From a virus (taxonomy: Duplodnaviria > Heunggongvirae > Uroviricota > Caudoviricetes), in the IMG/VR virus record IMGVR_UViG_2545824717_000014: 15,997 bases of DNA; one strand, written 5' to 3'. A model generated the notes under the pieces. The model saw only the letters and a list, made by a program, of their open reading frames with translations. It ran no database searches and was not told where the DNA came from. Numbering within the stretch: position 1 is the stretch's first letter; each line of letters starts with the position of its first letter. A program made the translations under genes and the position numbers. This document shows positions 1-8,848 of this stretch, in pieces.

Positions 1-1269
1 ATGCCAAAACTCACAGATATGCAGATCCGCGCATGGATAAAGGCGGGAGACAGATTTGATGGCAAGGCAGACGGCAACGGCCTTTATATTTGCTACCCCA
101 AAAACTACACAGTCCCGTTCTGGCGATTCCGATATAAGCTCGCAGGAAAACAGCGGGCTATGGTTATCGGCTCTTACTCCGAACTGTCACTATCAAAAGC
201 CAGAGAAACAGCAAAAGAGCTGTCAGCCAGAGTTGCTCTTGGCTATGACGTAGCAGCAGAAAAACAGGAACGAAAAGCTGAAGCACTGGCAAAAATGGAG
301 GCTGAGAAAAACGCCATGCGCGTTTCAGATCTGGCCGCCGAATACTTCGAGCGACAGATACTTCCGAGATGGAAACATCCCGATATCCTTCGCCGGAGAA
401 TTGATAAGGATATTAACCCCTGCATTGGGCATATGAAGGTAGAGGACGTTAAGCCACGTCACATTGACGACATGTTAAAAGGTATCGTTGACCGAGGAGC
501 ACCAACGATAGCAACAGATGTATTACGCTGGACACGCCGTATCTTTGACTATGGGATAAAACGCCACGCTCTGGAGATAAACCCTTGTTCAGCGTTTGAA
601 GTATCTGATGCTGGTGGTAAAGAGGTTTCCCGCGACCGTTGGCTAACTCGCGATGAGCTTATCAGGCTATTCGAGGCTATGCGCACCGCAAAAGGATTCA
701 GCCGCCAGAACGAACTGACATTTAAGCTATTGCTGGCACTATGCGTTCGTAAGATGGAGTTATGCGCCGCACGATGGGAAGAGTTTGATTTAGATGGTGC
801 GGTATGGCATTTGCCGGAAGAACGCAGCAAAAACGGAGACCCTATTGATATACCTCTACCTTCCCCAGCCGTTGAATGGTTGAGAGAGCTACACACCTTT
901 TCATGTAATAGCGCATGGGTGCTTCCGGCCAGGAAGATGCAAAACAGAATGATCCCACATATTCAGGAAAGCACTTTACCCGTAGCACTGGCTAAGGTTC
1001 GCGCCGAAATGCCGGATGTGCCTAATTTCACGATTCACGACTTCCGACGCACCGCACGTACTCATTTAGCAGCATTGGGTGTTGATCCTGTCGTGGCGGA
1101 ACGATGCCTCAATCATCGCATTAAGGGCGTAGAGGGGATTTATAACCGTCATCAGTATTTTGATGAGCGTAAAGCAGCACTGGCACAGTGGGCAGATCTG
1201 CTGGTGGCACTGGAAAGCGGGAAAGACTACAACGTAACGCCATTCGATAAAGCCCGGAGGCAAATGTGA
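1..1269 (+). CDS. int: Tyrosine site-specific integrase, P4/CP4-57 (IntA) family, 422 aa
   Basis: Full-length ORF from the first base of the window. N-terminal arm-binding-like region and C-terminal catalytic region with the HDFRRTA (H-x-x-R) box and a Tyr in the GIYNRHQY segment, typical of phage-type tyrosine recombinases. Stop TGA at 1267-1269. Confidence 0.93.
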   Translation: MPKLTDMQIRAWIKAGDRFDGKADGNGLYICYPKNYTVPFWRFRYKLAGKQRAMVIGSYSELSLSKARETAKELSARVALGYDVAAEKQERKAEALAKMEAEKNAMRVSDLAAEYFERQILPRWKHPDILRRRIDKDINPCIGHMKVEDVKPRHIDDMLKGIVDRGAPTIATDVLRWTRRIFDYGIKRHALEINPCSAFEVSDAGGKEVSRDRWLTRDELIRLFEAMRTAKGFSRQNELTFKLLLALCVRKMELCAARWEEFDLDGAVWHLPEERSKNGDPIDIPLPSPAVEWLRELHTFSCNSAWVLPARKMQNRMIPHIQESTLPVALAKVRAEMPDVPNFTIHDFRRTARTHLAALGVDPVVAERCLNHRIKGVEGIYNRHQYFDERKAALAQWADLLVALESGKDYNVTPFDKARRQM

Positions 1270-1916
1270 ACAACATCTTGAGAAAATCGCCAATCGAACG
1301 GCTTTGTTCATCTGTATCGATTACCCCTCATGAAATGGCTGTGGCCTTGGCTGGCCTAAACCCATCTATGCGCATTAGCGATGTGCCTGAGGAAAATTTC
1401 GAATATGTCGATTTTGTCAGAACTCATCTTGCCAGAGCTATCAAGGTGTACAGAGGTGAAAAAACTAGTAAAGATGAGCCTTGCCATGCCCTTGATATTT
1501 TCTTAGCTTCTTACCCATTTATTGACACAAATACACCAGAAATAATTGTTCAGAAAATATCAGAAGCGATTGATGATTTGCGTGGCACCAAGGGCTGGGA
1601 AGAAAAAGCCCGAAACCTTGGAGGACTCCAGTTAGTAAACTACATCAAAGAAACCAACCGCAGCGGACGTGGGCAGCATAGAAAGCAGGATGAGGAAAAC
1701 GGGACAATGAAAATGATGGGGTTGATAGTACATCTGCTGATAAAAAAATCAGGCTCATCTTCCTACATCCAAAATGGGAAACCTAATCGCACAGCTATAT
1801 ACCGTGACATAGAAACCTTAATCAAGGATGAAGGGATATCCCATAAAGGAATAGCAAAAGCCACATTCCTAGAAAAAATCTCACGGGCTTTATTAGCTGT
1901 CCACGATCTCGACTAA
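1266..1916 (+). CDS. Hypothetical protein, 216 aa, GTG start overlapping the integrase stop (alternative ATG at 1335)
   Basis: Long ORF in a different frame immediately after int; GTG at 1266 overlaps the int TGA (ATGTGA). No recognisable motif. Start codon uncertain. Confidence 0.5.
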   Translation: MNNILRKSPIERLCSSVSITPHEMAVALAGLNPSMRISDVPEENFEYVDFVRTHLARAIKVYRGEKTSKDEPCHALDIFLASYPFIDTNTPEIIVQKISEAIDDLRGTKGWEEKARNLGGLQLVNYIKETNRSGRGQHRKQDEENGTMKMMGLIVHLLIKKSGSSSYIQNGKPNRTAIYRDIETLIKDEGISHKGIAKATFLEKISRALLAVHDLD

Positions 1917-2274
1917 TCACTTTTCACGCCCCTCCAAAGCAATGGCGGGGCATTACCTGTTTACCCATCTCCACCAGCATAGATAATTCTATGCCTAGCC
2001 ATTGCTATATCTGTTCGGCTTAGTTCATCTGTAATCACCCCATCTCTAAAAGATACGCCAGCTATCATTAGCCATTTTAAGCCATCATGAGCCATTATAA
2101 ACCGACTCAACCAATTGAATAATAAAAGATAAAAAGAAATGTAAAAACATGATGAATGACGATGAAAGATATAACTCTTTGATAAAACAATGATTTTTTA
2201 AACTGGTAACTAATTGAAAATAAAGAAAATAATTATCCCACCTGCATTTGCAATCTTTCAGTGGATCGGTATTT

Positions 2275-2308
2275 TTTCAATAGATTTATAATTTCTTTCA
2301 ATAGATTC
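2275..2308. promoter_or_regulatory. Direct repeat TTTCAATAGATT x2 (2275-2287 and 2296-2308, 21-bp phasing) in the AT-rich region upstream of the alpA-like operon
   Basis: Two near-identical 12-13-bp copies two helical turns apart inside the 470-bp AT-rich intergenic region 1917-2387; position fits an operator or activator site for the downstream operon. Confidence 0.35.
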
Positions 2309-2387
2309 TAGTCTTAATAGAAATACTGTATGGGCAACCACTAAACTTTAAGTAACTTCATGAGCTATCAGAGAGGTTACTAGAGAC

Positions 2388-2606
2388 ATGACAGTACACA
2401 AGCCAGCATCATCAGCTATCCCAACAACTGGATACATCCGTCGCTTTCGCATGCCGGAATTGCTAGGTGTTTCACTGCCTACTATTGATAGATGGGTTAA
2501 AAATGGCACTCTTCCACGCCCAGTGAAGCTAACAGATAACGTGACTGCGTTTGATGCGGTGGAAATTAATAACTGGCTGGCAGAACGCCGCGGGAAGGTG
2601 GCCTGA
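2388..2606 (+). CDS. alpA: AlpA-family helix-turn-helix regulator/excisionase-like protein, 72 aa
   Basis: Small protein with the AlpA-type pattern (RMPELLGVSLPTIDRWVKNGTLPRPVKL ... EINNWL). It is the first gene after the AT-rich region and is directly followed by a coupled operon, as in P4-like and Gram-negative PICI elements. Confidence 0.8.
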   Translation: MTVHKPASSAIPTTGYIRRFRMPELLGVSLPTIDRWVKNGTLPRPVKLTDNVTAFDAVEINNWLAERRGKVA

Positions 2607-3037
2607 TGGAAAAGAAAAACCGCCCATTACAGGCGGCTAATTCAGATATTCGCGTATCTGATATTACGCCCCTTACAAAATCCCTTCAAGCACCAAAGCG
2701 CACACCGAAAAAGCATCGTGCCCGAGTCTATATGCTGCGTACTGGTATAGAGGGATGGACAGAAAATGACATTCTTCGCTACTGCCGTCTGTCTTCTGGT
2801 CGTAACTATGCAACAGAGTTAGAACGCCAGCTTGGAATCACTCTGGAGCGTATCGACGAAAAGAATCCTGATGGTATCGGAACACACCTTCGCTACCGTT
2901 TCTCCTGCCGTGGTGATGTTCTGAAAGTGATCACTCATGTTAACCATCTTGCGAACATAAATGATCACAACGGACTTTCTCAGCAGGAAATTGCCGACAT
3001 TCTGAAACTCTACCCGGACGCGTTTAACGCCGCCTAA
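2606..3037 (+). CDS. Hypothetical protein, 143 aa
   Basis: ATG at 2606 overlaps the alpA-like stop (TGATG); basic N-terminus; no motif I can assign. Confidence 0.6.
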   Translation: MEKKNRPLQAANSDIRVSDITPLTKSLQAPKRTPKKHRARVYMLRTGIEGWTENDILRYCRLSSGRNYATELERQLGITLERIDEKNPDGIGTHLRYRFSCRGDVLKVITHVNHLANINDHNGLSQQEIADILKLYPDAFNAA

Positions 3038-3049
3038 CGGAGACTAAAA

Positions 3050-3496
3050 ATGAACATCGAAAAAAGCAGATTAATTTCTGAGGCCGCCCCTCATCTGAAC
3101 GCCTCTCTGGGCACAATTAACGGTAATGAATTTGCCGCAATTGTCCCGGTTATTTCTGGTCATATAGGCGGGCGGGAAACCAATATTGTTAGCGCAAAAG
3201 CGTTACACAAAGCGTTGGGCGTGGGAAAAGACTTCTCTACATGGATCACTGATCGCATCTCTGAATATGACTTCACCATTGGGCACGATTACTCAGTCCA
3301 TAAAACAATTTCCCCAAATTTGGGGAAAAGCCCGAATGACGCGGCTTACAGCAAGATTAAGCAGTCTGGCAGACCCGGCAAAGACTATCTGTTAAGTGTC
3401 GGAATGGCGAAAGAACTGGCAATGATCGAACGCAATGATCAGGGTCGCGCTAACGATGCCCGTGCAGAGCTGGTAATTCTTGGTGGTGAAAAATGA
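3050..3496 (+). CDS. Phage antirepressor-like protein (AntA/Rha-type N-terminal domain), 148 aa
   Basis: The segment SAKALHKALGVGKDFSTWITDRISEYDFTIGHDY resembles the N-terminal domain of AntA/Rha/Bro-type phage regulatory proteins. GGAG-like RBS precedes the ATG. Confidence 0.5.
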   Translation: MNIEKSRLISEAAPHLNASLGTINGNEFAAIVPVISGHIGGRETNIVSAKALHKALGVGKDFSTWITDRISEYDFTIGHDYSVHKTISPNLGKSPNDAAYSKIKQSGRPGKDYLLSVGMAKELAMIERNDQGRANDARAELVILGGEK

Positions 3497-3756
3497 ATAT
3501 CAACTTAATTTATCGTCATCCGTGTGAGCTGGAAATTGAATCATTGCTGGGGCGCGAAGAGCCATATCCAGACACATTCACTCCCGCAGATTGCGCGACT
3601 GAACGGCTTACCAGAGCGCGCACAGGTCTGGTTCATGTGATGAATGAGATTATTCCCTCGGTGGGAGGGGAACAGGCGACAGTAATCAATAGCTGGCTAC
3701 AAAAAGTTACCTCCCTGATAGATATCAGTTTAATCGATGTGGAGAGTGCGAAATGA
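3493..3756 (+). CDS. Hypothetical protein, 87 aa
   Basis: ATGA start/stop overlap with the upstream gene (translational coupling); no recognisable motif. Confidence 0.5.
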   Translation: MNINLIYRHPCELEIESLLGREEPYPDTFTPADCATERLTRARTGLVHVMNEIIPSVGGEQATVINSWLQKVTSLIDISLIDVESAK

Positions 3757-3974
3757 CCAACATCCAGCTCATTGAAGCGCAATGTCGCATCGAACAGGTT
3801 CAGACTGTTTTAGGGTTCTGGCTTGAAGGGGCCAGCCCAAGCAACAGAGACAAGTTAATGATTGGCGCGGTTATGTCACTGCTCAATGGCGTACCAGAAG
3901 CTATTCAGGAAGCGGACGAATTGTTGGGCAAATATGAGTTACAGAATCATTCAGGCGAGGCGAAACATGAATAA
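3753..3974 (+). CDS. Hypothetical protein, 73 aa
   Basis: ATGA overlap with the upstream gene; no recognisable motif. Confidence 0.5.
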   Translation: MTNIQLIEAQCRIEQVQTVLGFWLEGASPSNRDKLMIGAVMSLLNGVPEAIQEADELLGKYELQNHSGEAKHE

Positions 3975-4569
3975 TTTCTTAACTTTCCATGCAGAAGCAA
4001 CGCCTGGCGGCGTAAACATCATGTACCGCAGCAACGATGGCATGACAGAACGCGTTGAGGCCGTCTCATATATTGATGCCGTAAATCGTCTGGATGCCGG
4101 GGATTATGACGATAAACCAGATGAAGGTATGTCAATACATCTCGCTATTGCCGATGGCGGCAACCAGGGATATTTCGATTACACATCACAGCATAACGTC
4201 ATTATGTGGAGATGGCTGATCGCAACAGTATTCATGCTGGAAATGAGAGAGGAAAACGGCACCGTCAGCATTATTGATGACAATGGCAATCATTCCGTGG
4301 TTTCTGTTTATTCCAATGGCATCGTCGCCATGCCGCTGTATCCAGTAGCAGAGCGCCTCGCTATGGCAAACAACATTGAGGGCGCAATGATCGAGAAATA
4401 TGGTGTTGATGTCGGAACAAAGAATGCCATCATTTTTTACAGCAACATGTTCGATGTCGAACAGGGAACACTCACTTCGTTTGGGCGAGAAGTGCTTGCC
4501 GATCTTCACAACAGCTTTATTGCCGAACTAAACGAAAACGGCATCCCAGAAGCACCAGTGACGCACTAA
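3967..4569 (+). CDS. Hypothetical protein, 200 aa
   Basis: Start placed at ATG 3967 (MNNFLTF...), which overlaps the previous stop by 8 nt, rather than at the upstream in-frame ATG 3862 that runs through the preceding gene. No motif recognised. Confidence 0.55.
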   Translation: MNNFLTFHAEATPGGVNIMYRSNDGMTERVEAVSYIDAVNRLDAGDYDDKPDEGMSIHLAIADGGNQGYFDYTSQHNVIMWRWLIATVFMLEMREENGTVSIIDDNGNHSVVSVYSNGIVAMPLYPVAERLAMANNIEGAMIEKYGVDVGTKNAIIFYSNMFDVEQGTLTSFGREVLADLHNSFIAELNENGIPEAPVTH

Positions 4570-4581
4570 ACGGGGGCCAGA

Positions 4582-6933
4582 ATGCGAAACATTGATCTTA
4601 TCCGTCAGGTTATCAGTGCGTCTGAAAACAACTGGCCTCATGTGCTGGACTGCCTGAACATAAATGTCCCTGACTCTCCGCGCCGTCATGCTCCCTGCCC
4701 TGCATGTGGGGGCAAAGATCGATTCCGGTTCGATGACAACGGGCGCGGTAGCTTCATCTGTAATCAGTGCGGCGCTGGTGATGGGCTGGATTTAATTAAA
4801 CGCGTAAATAACTGCGACACAACAGAGGCGGCGCTTCTTGCCGCTGATGTTCTGGGTATTGATTACCGGACAACGGAAACACCAGAAGCCACCAGCCAGA
4901 AACGGGAACAACTGGAAACCGAGCGCCAGCGACGCGAACAGGAGCGCCTGAAAAGGGCAGAGAAGGACGAACAACAAAGACGGGATACGTTTTCCCGTCA
5001 GTTTGATGACATGCGCAGAAAGGCTGTAAACGGCAAATCTGATTATCTGGTTGCGAAAGGGGTAGGTGATTTTACATTCCCTGTGTTGCCCGATGGATCT
5101 CTGTTGCTGGCGCTGGTGGATAAATCCGGCGCAGTCACAGCAGCACAGACTATTACCTCACATGGTGAAAAAAGACTCCTGACAGGTTCAGCAAAGCGAG
5201 GGGCATATCACGCCATAAACGCACAGAAACGACCTCACAGCATCATAATTGCTGAGGGGGTGGCTACCGCCCTGTCGTGCCATTTAATTCGCCCTGACGC
5301 AATGACAGTGGCAGCAATCGACGCTGGCAACCTGTTGCCAGTAGCGGAAGTCATGCGCAGAACATATCCACAGGCACAAATCATCATTGCCGCAGATAAC
5401 GATCACCAGCAAGGAAACTCCGAAAGTGGAGGGATCAACACGGGGAAAGATGCCGCAGAGAGGGCCGCTATTTCCGTAGCTGGCTGGGTGTCTCTGCCAC
5501 CGACTGACTATAAAGCCGACTGGAACGACTATCACCAACAACACGGGCTGGCGGCAGCCACAGCAGCATTTAAAGATTCGATGTACCAGCCACGGGGGAA
5601 AGGGGCGCAGGTGAAAAATCACAAACAGTCAGTCGGGGCGCTGAATGAGATCAGTTCTGGCGAGGTGTTAAGCGATGATGAAATTGCTGTCCTCGAAGAA
5701 ATCAACCGGACGTTTACGCATGTCACCATCGGCGGGAAACACAAGGTGGTGTCGCTAAAGCCTTCTCAAACCGGCGGTGTATCGCACGTTTTCGAGGATT
5801 TATCACAATTTCAGCATTATTTTCATCATAAACCGAGAGTCGCCAGAAAGCTGGCGGGATCGGCGTGGCTGTCATGGAGTGGGAAGAACTACAAGCCAGG
5901 AGGCGTAGGATTTTATCCAGTACCAGACAAATGCCCTGACGATGTTTTTAATCTGTATGAGGGGCTGGCACTGGAACCAATTGAAGGAGATTGCACGGTA
6001 TACCTTAATCACCTGTTGCAGGTTGTCTGTGCCGGTAATGAAGAGGCATACCAATATCTTATCCAGTGGATGGCGCACATTATCCAAAAGCCTGATGAAA
6101 AACCGTCCGTGGCAATCGTGATGAAATCTGTCCCGGGCACAGGGAAAGGCACAACGGTTAAACCGCTGCTGCAAATACTGGGGCAGTACGCCGCCCACAT
6201 TAACGGGGCGGGACATATTTCAGGGCGCTTCAATTCAATACTTGCTAACAAGCTACTGGTATTTGCTGACGAAGTGACGATCCACAAGCCGTCTGAAGCT
6301 GACAGACTTAAAGCGATTATTAGCGAACCGACGTTTAACCTTGAGCGCAAGGGAATTGATGCTGAACCAATGCCGAATTTTGCCCGGTTGATATTTGCCA
6401 GTAACAGCACACAGGTATTACAGGCAGGGATAAGAGAGCGCCGCTATCTCGTGCTTGAGCCATCTCCTGAAAAAGCACAGAGCCGGGAGTATTTTGATCG
6501 GCTGTACAGTTGGCTTAATGATGGCGGTGCCGCAAAGTTGCTTTGGCATCTTAAAGGGGTGGATCTCTCAGGTTTTGACCCTCAACGAGCGCCACAGACC
6601 GATGCCTTACGTGAAGAAATCTTGCTGGGGCTGTCTGGCGTTGAATTGTTTCTTTATGGCGAGCTAATCAATGAACCTCCGTTTAATGGCGAAGTCCGTT
6701 TGTTTGCAAAGGATATGGTTAGTCGATTTGTAGCGTGGTCGCTTGAGCGTGGGGAAAAGCTTAAAGAACCAGCTGCCAGATCACTACTGGGTAAATCACT
6801 TGCACAAATGGGGCTGGTGAAGCATGGAAGACCAGACCGAGGGAATGGCGTGTTCTACGAACTACCAGAGGTCGGAGTTCTACAGGCTGCGTTTGCCCGT
6901 CTGATCGGTATGGGGGGTTATGATGTTTTTTAA
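4582..6933 (+). CDS. Primase-helicase, P4 alpha-like (zinc-ribbon + TOPRIM primase + P-loop NTPase), 783 aa
   Basis: N-terminal CPAC...CNQC zinc ribbon; TOPRIM motifs (IIIAEGVATA with the conserved Glu, IIIAADNDH DxD box); C-terminal P-loop-like VPGTGKGT and Walker B LLVFADEV. Size and architecture match satellite/plasmid primase-helicases (P4 alpha is of similar length). Confidence 0.9.
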   Translation: MRNIDLIRQVISASENNWPHVLDCLNINVPDSPRRHAPCPACGGKDRFRFDDNGRGSFICNQCGAGDGLDLIKRVNNCDTTEAALLAADVLGIDYRTTETPEATSQKREQLETERQRREQERLKRAEKDEQQRRDTFSRQFDDMRRKAVNGKSDYLVAKGVGDFTFPVLPDGSLLLALVDKSGAVTAAQTITSHGEKRLLTGSAKRGAYHAINAQKRPHSIIIAEGVATALSCHLIRPDAMTVAAIDAGNLLPVAEVMRRTYPQAQIIIAADNDHQQGNSESGGINTGKDAAERAAISVAGWVSLPPTDYKADWNDYHQQHGLAAATAAFKDSMYQPRGKGAQVKNHKQSVGALNEISSGEVLSDDEIAVLEEINRTFTHVTIGGKHKVVSLKPSQTGGVSHVFEDLSQFQHYFHHKPRVARKLAGSAWLSWSGKNYKPGGVGFYPVPDKCPDDVFNLYEGLALEPIEGDCTVYLNHLLQVVCAGNEEAYQYLIQWMAHIIQKPDEKPSVAIVMKSVPGTGKGTTVKPLLQILGQYAAHINGAGHISGRFNSILANKLLVFADEVTIHKPSEADRLKAIISEPTFNLERKGIDAEPMPNFARLIFASNSTQVLQAGIRERRYLVLEPSPEKAQSREYFDRLYSWLNDGGAAKLLWHLKGVDLSGFDPQRAPQTDALREEILLGLSGVELFLYGELINEPPFNGEVRLFAKDMVSRFVAWSLERGEKLKEPAARSLLGKSLAQMGLVKHGRPDRGNGVFYELPEVGVLQAAFARLIGMGGYDVF

Positions 6934-6963
6934 TATAGTCTTTTTACAAGAAGATCGTTTTTA

Positions 6964-7066
6964 CCTGTACCACCTATACCACTTTGCTAATTCAGCATTA
7001 AAAACAATGCGTTATAGTGGTACAGGTCAATATCTTACCTATACCAGACCTGTACCACCTATACCA
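6964..7066. repeat. Iteron cluster 1: CCTGTACCACCTATACCA direct copies at 6964-6981 and 7049-7066 plus an inverted partial copy (TGGTACAGG, 7018-7026)
   Basis: Read directly from the sequence immediately downstream of the primase-helicase gene; candidate replication origin. Confidence 0.7.
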
Positions 7067-7109
7067 TTAACAAACGCATTTCTTCTGGCTGGCTGAGAGG
7101 GAACAACCA

Positions 7110-7340
7110 ATGATGAGCACACCATTTTACAAAGTGCGCCAGTTAGCTTCTTCCTCTGGCTGGCAGCTACGGTTTGAGGGGCGTTCAGACTGGCTACCCA
7201 TTGCGGCATGGGCGAATGTTGAAATGTGTATTGACGGCGATACCGTTGAAATCATTATTCCCTGCGTGGCAAGTCGGGACGGCTGTATAGAGCCAACAGA
7301 TATGGCAGCAGAAATCAGAGAGGTAAAACATGAACAATAA
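7110..7340 (+). CDS. Hypothetical protein, 76 aa
   Basis: ORF with a GAGG-like RBS, located between the two iteron clusters. Confidence 0.45.
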   Translation: MMSTPFYKVRQLASSSGWQLRFEGRSDWLPIAAWANVEMCIDGDTVEIIIPCVASRDGCIEPTDMAAEIREVKHEQ

Positions 7341-8067
7341 CTATTGCATACTGCAGGGAATGACCAGAACGGAGCGCGAAGAATTAAAAAGTTTCGCTAC
7401 ACAGTGCGGGAATGCTGGCGACATCCAAAGTCTGGAACGCACTTTAATTATGATTGCGCACTGGATGCGCCAGGGGCAAAGAGTTTCATTTACTGAATAT
7501 GCCAGCCAGTGGACAGAGGCACAGCGCGAACGGAGCGACGGTAATCACTCAACACCCGAAATGGCGAAGCAATGGCCTTTCAGTGGTAAACGCTGTATCA
7601 GTCCCGGTGGTTCAGATTATTACCCTGCTGGTGTGGGAGATGAGCCATGTTGTGACGAGACTGAAATCCGCCACGCAGTGACAGTAATTACCGCTGAATA
7701 CCCACAATTTAACCTTGACGGACTGGCGCTCCACAACCGGAATGCGGACTGGGAAAACCCGCTTGATAACCCGTCATTTATCGTATCGGCGAAAAGCTGC
7801 CTGAGATGGATCAGAGACAACGGGATGAGTAATGCCCAGATTGAGAGCTTCCCGCAGGATAACCCCACATCTGACACGTTGAAGCATGAAGTGGAGCGAT
7901 ATAACCAGATAAACCACCAGCACAGTGATCACCCGCACTATATCCCCAACGGAGCATTTATTGCGGCGATGGTGGCAAGCGGCTACAAGGTTAAGCCAGC
8001 GGGAAGAATGAACGCATTTTTCAATATTTCAAAAAAGGGATTATGTGCTGCTATGGGTAAAAATTAA
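7330..8067 (+). CDS. Hypothetical protein, 245 aa
   Basis: GAGGT RBS 7-8 nt upstream of the ATG; 11-nt overlap with the upstream gene; no motif recognised. Confidence 0.6.
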   Translation: MNNNYCILQGMTRTEREELKSFATQCGNAGDIQSLERTLIMIAHWMRQGQRVSFTEYASQWTEAQRERSDGNHSTPEMAKQWPFSGKRCISPGGSDYYPAGVGDEPCCDETEIRHAVTVITAEYPQFNLDGLALHNRNADWENPLDNPSFIVSAKSCLRWIRDNGMSNAQIESFPQDNPTSDTLKHEVERYNQINHQHSDHPHYIPNGAFIAAMVASGYKVKPAGRMNAFFNISKKGLCAAMGKN

Positions 8068-8073
8068 ATAAAT

Positions 8074-8176
8074 GGTACAGGTCTGTACAGGTGGGGAGAG
8101 GTCATTTTTACCCACCTGTACCACCTGCAGGCCGCGCCACACAAGGGTTTGTGACATGGTGGTACAGGTGGTACAG
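8074..8176. repeat. Iteron cluster 2: GGTACAGG/CCTGTACC copies at 8074-8081, 8085-8092, 8115-8122 (inverted), 8161-8168 and 8170-8176
   Basis: Same core octamer as cluster 1, in both orientations, ~1.1 kb downstream of cluster 1; resembles the paired ori/crr arrangement of P4-type replicons. Confidence 0.7.
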
Positions 8177-8670
8177 CAAAAACAGCGATTTTCTTTATAA
8201 GGTATGTTTTGCTCATCTGGCAGACGGAGGTATTCGCTGCGGTTTGGCACATAGCCCAGAACAGCAAAGAGTTTTACGAGACTTTTGTAAAATCCAGTGT
8301 ACAAGGGCGTGACGTTTTTGAAGGTGAGCACTACGAAATTTTCGTAGTTCAAAAAATAGCCTCTGAGATGTTGTTATGCCTGTTCAGCAAACCATCCGCA
8401 TAGCTGATCGCGAATCAAATTACCAATGGAGCCAGAAGCAAGGGCAGAACTGGAAAGCGCCTGCCGTGAAGAGTAATGCGACTCCATAAATATAGTTTTT
8501 AGAGTCCATAAAAAAACTGTCAAAACCTGACATACAGAACGATGCCACCAGCTACTGAACGGTGGCATTTTTTTGTGCTATTTGTTTCATATTTTGCAAT
8601 CACAATGATGAATGTTGCGTTTTATGAAACTATAATGACTGTTGTTTTATACAGTTCTAAGGGGGGCGTT

Positions 8671-8844
8671 ATGGCTATTTCAGTAAAGCCAGTATTGATA
8701 AGTGAGAAGCAAATGGAAGCGATAAAGAAAATTCAGGAGGAGCAGCGTAAAAAATCAGAGGTAGGAGTTGCGCCAACGATCCACGAAATTGCTCGGGGAT
8801 TAATGGATAAGGCGCTGGCTTACACTTTAACTGGACGTGGGTAA
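8671..8844 (+). CDS. Small protein, 57 aa, possible ribbon-helix-helix DNA-binding protein; first gene of the cargo operon
   Basis: Start chosen at ATG 8671, preceded by the G-rich RBS AAGGGGGG; a -10-like TATAAT lies ~40 bp upstream. The pattern ISVKPVLISEKQMEAIKKI ... IHEIARGLMDKAL is compatible with an RHH fold (weak, by eye). Stop is directly adjacent to the next gene. Confidence 0.45.
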   Translation: MAISVKPVLISEKQMEAIKKIQEEQRKKSEVGVAPTIHEIARGLMDKALAYTLTGRG

Positions 8845-8848
8845 ATTT

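Noticed and set aside
56-896. Short ORFs nested in the integrase gene (56-253 +, 243-425 -, 549-896 -) and 1066-1311 -
   Set aside because: Fully embedded in, or antisense to, a long well-supported integrase ORF; no RBS or motif support. Treated as frame artefacts.
1928-1951. Imperfect hairpin (GCCCCTCC ... GGCGGGGC) after the 216-aa gene
   Set aside because: One mismatch in the stem and no downstream T-tract; not confidently an intrinsic terminator.
3186-3395. 69-aa + strand ORF inside the Ant-like gene
   Set aside because: Alternative frame within a better-supported coupled gene.
3862-3966. Upstream extension of the 200-aa gene to ATG 3862
   Set aside because: The extension would overlap most of the preceding 73-aa gene in another frame; ATG 3967 gives the ATGA-type coupling seen throughout this operon.
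4186-6667. Minus- and plus-strand ORFs (60-130 aa) inside the primase-helicase gene
   Set aside because: Nested within a 783-aa ORF carrying clear zinc-ribbon, TOPRIM and Walker motifs; likely spurious.
8091-8568. Small ORFs (8091-8312 +, 8209-8403 +, 8374-8568 -) in the region after iteron cluster 2
   Set aside because: They overlap the iterons or each other and have weak start signals (one would need a TTG start). A small gene cannot be excluded, but support is insufficient to call.
8542-8670. Upstream extension of the RHH-like gene to give a 100-aa protein
   Set aside because: The extension covers a -10-like promoter element and has no RBS; the internal ATG 8671 has a strong G-rich RBS.
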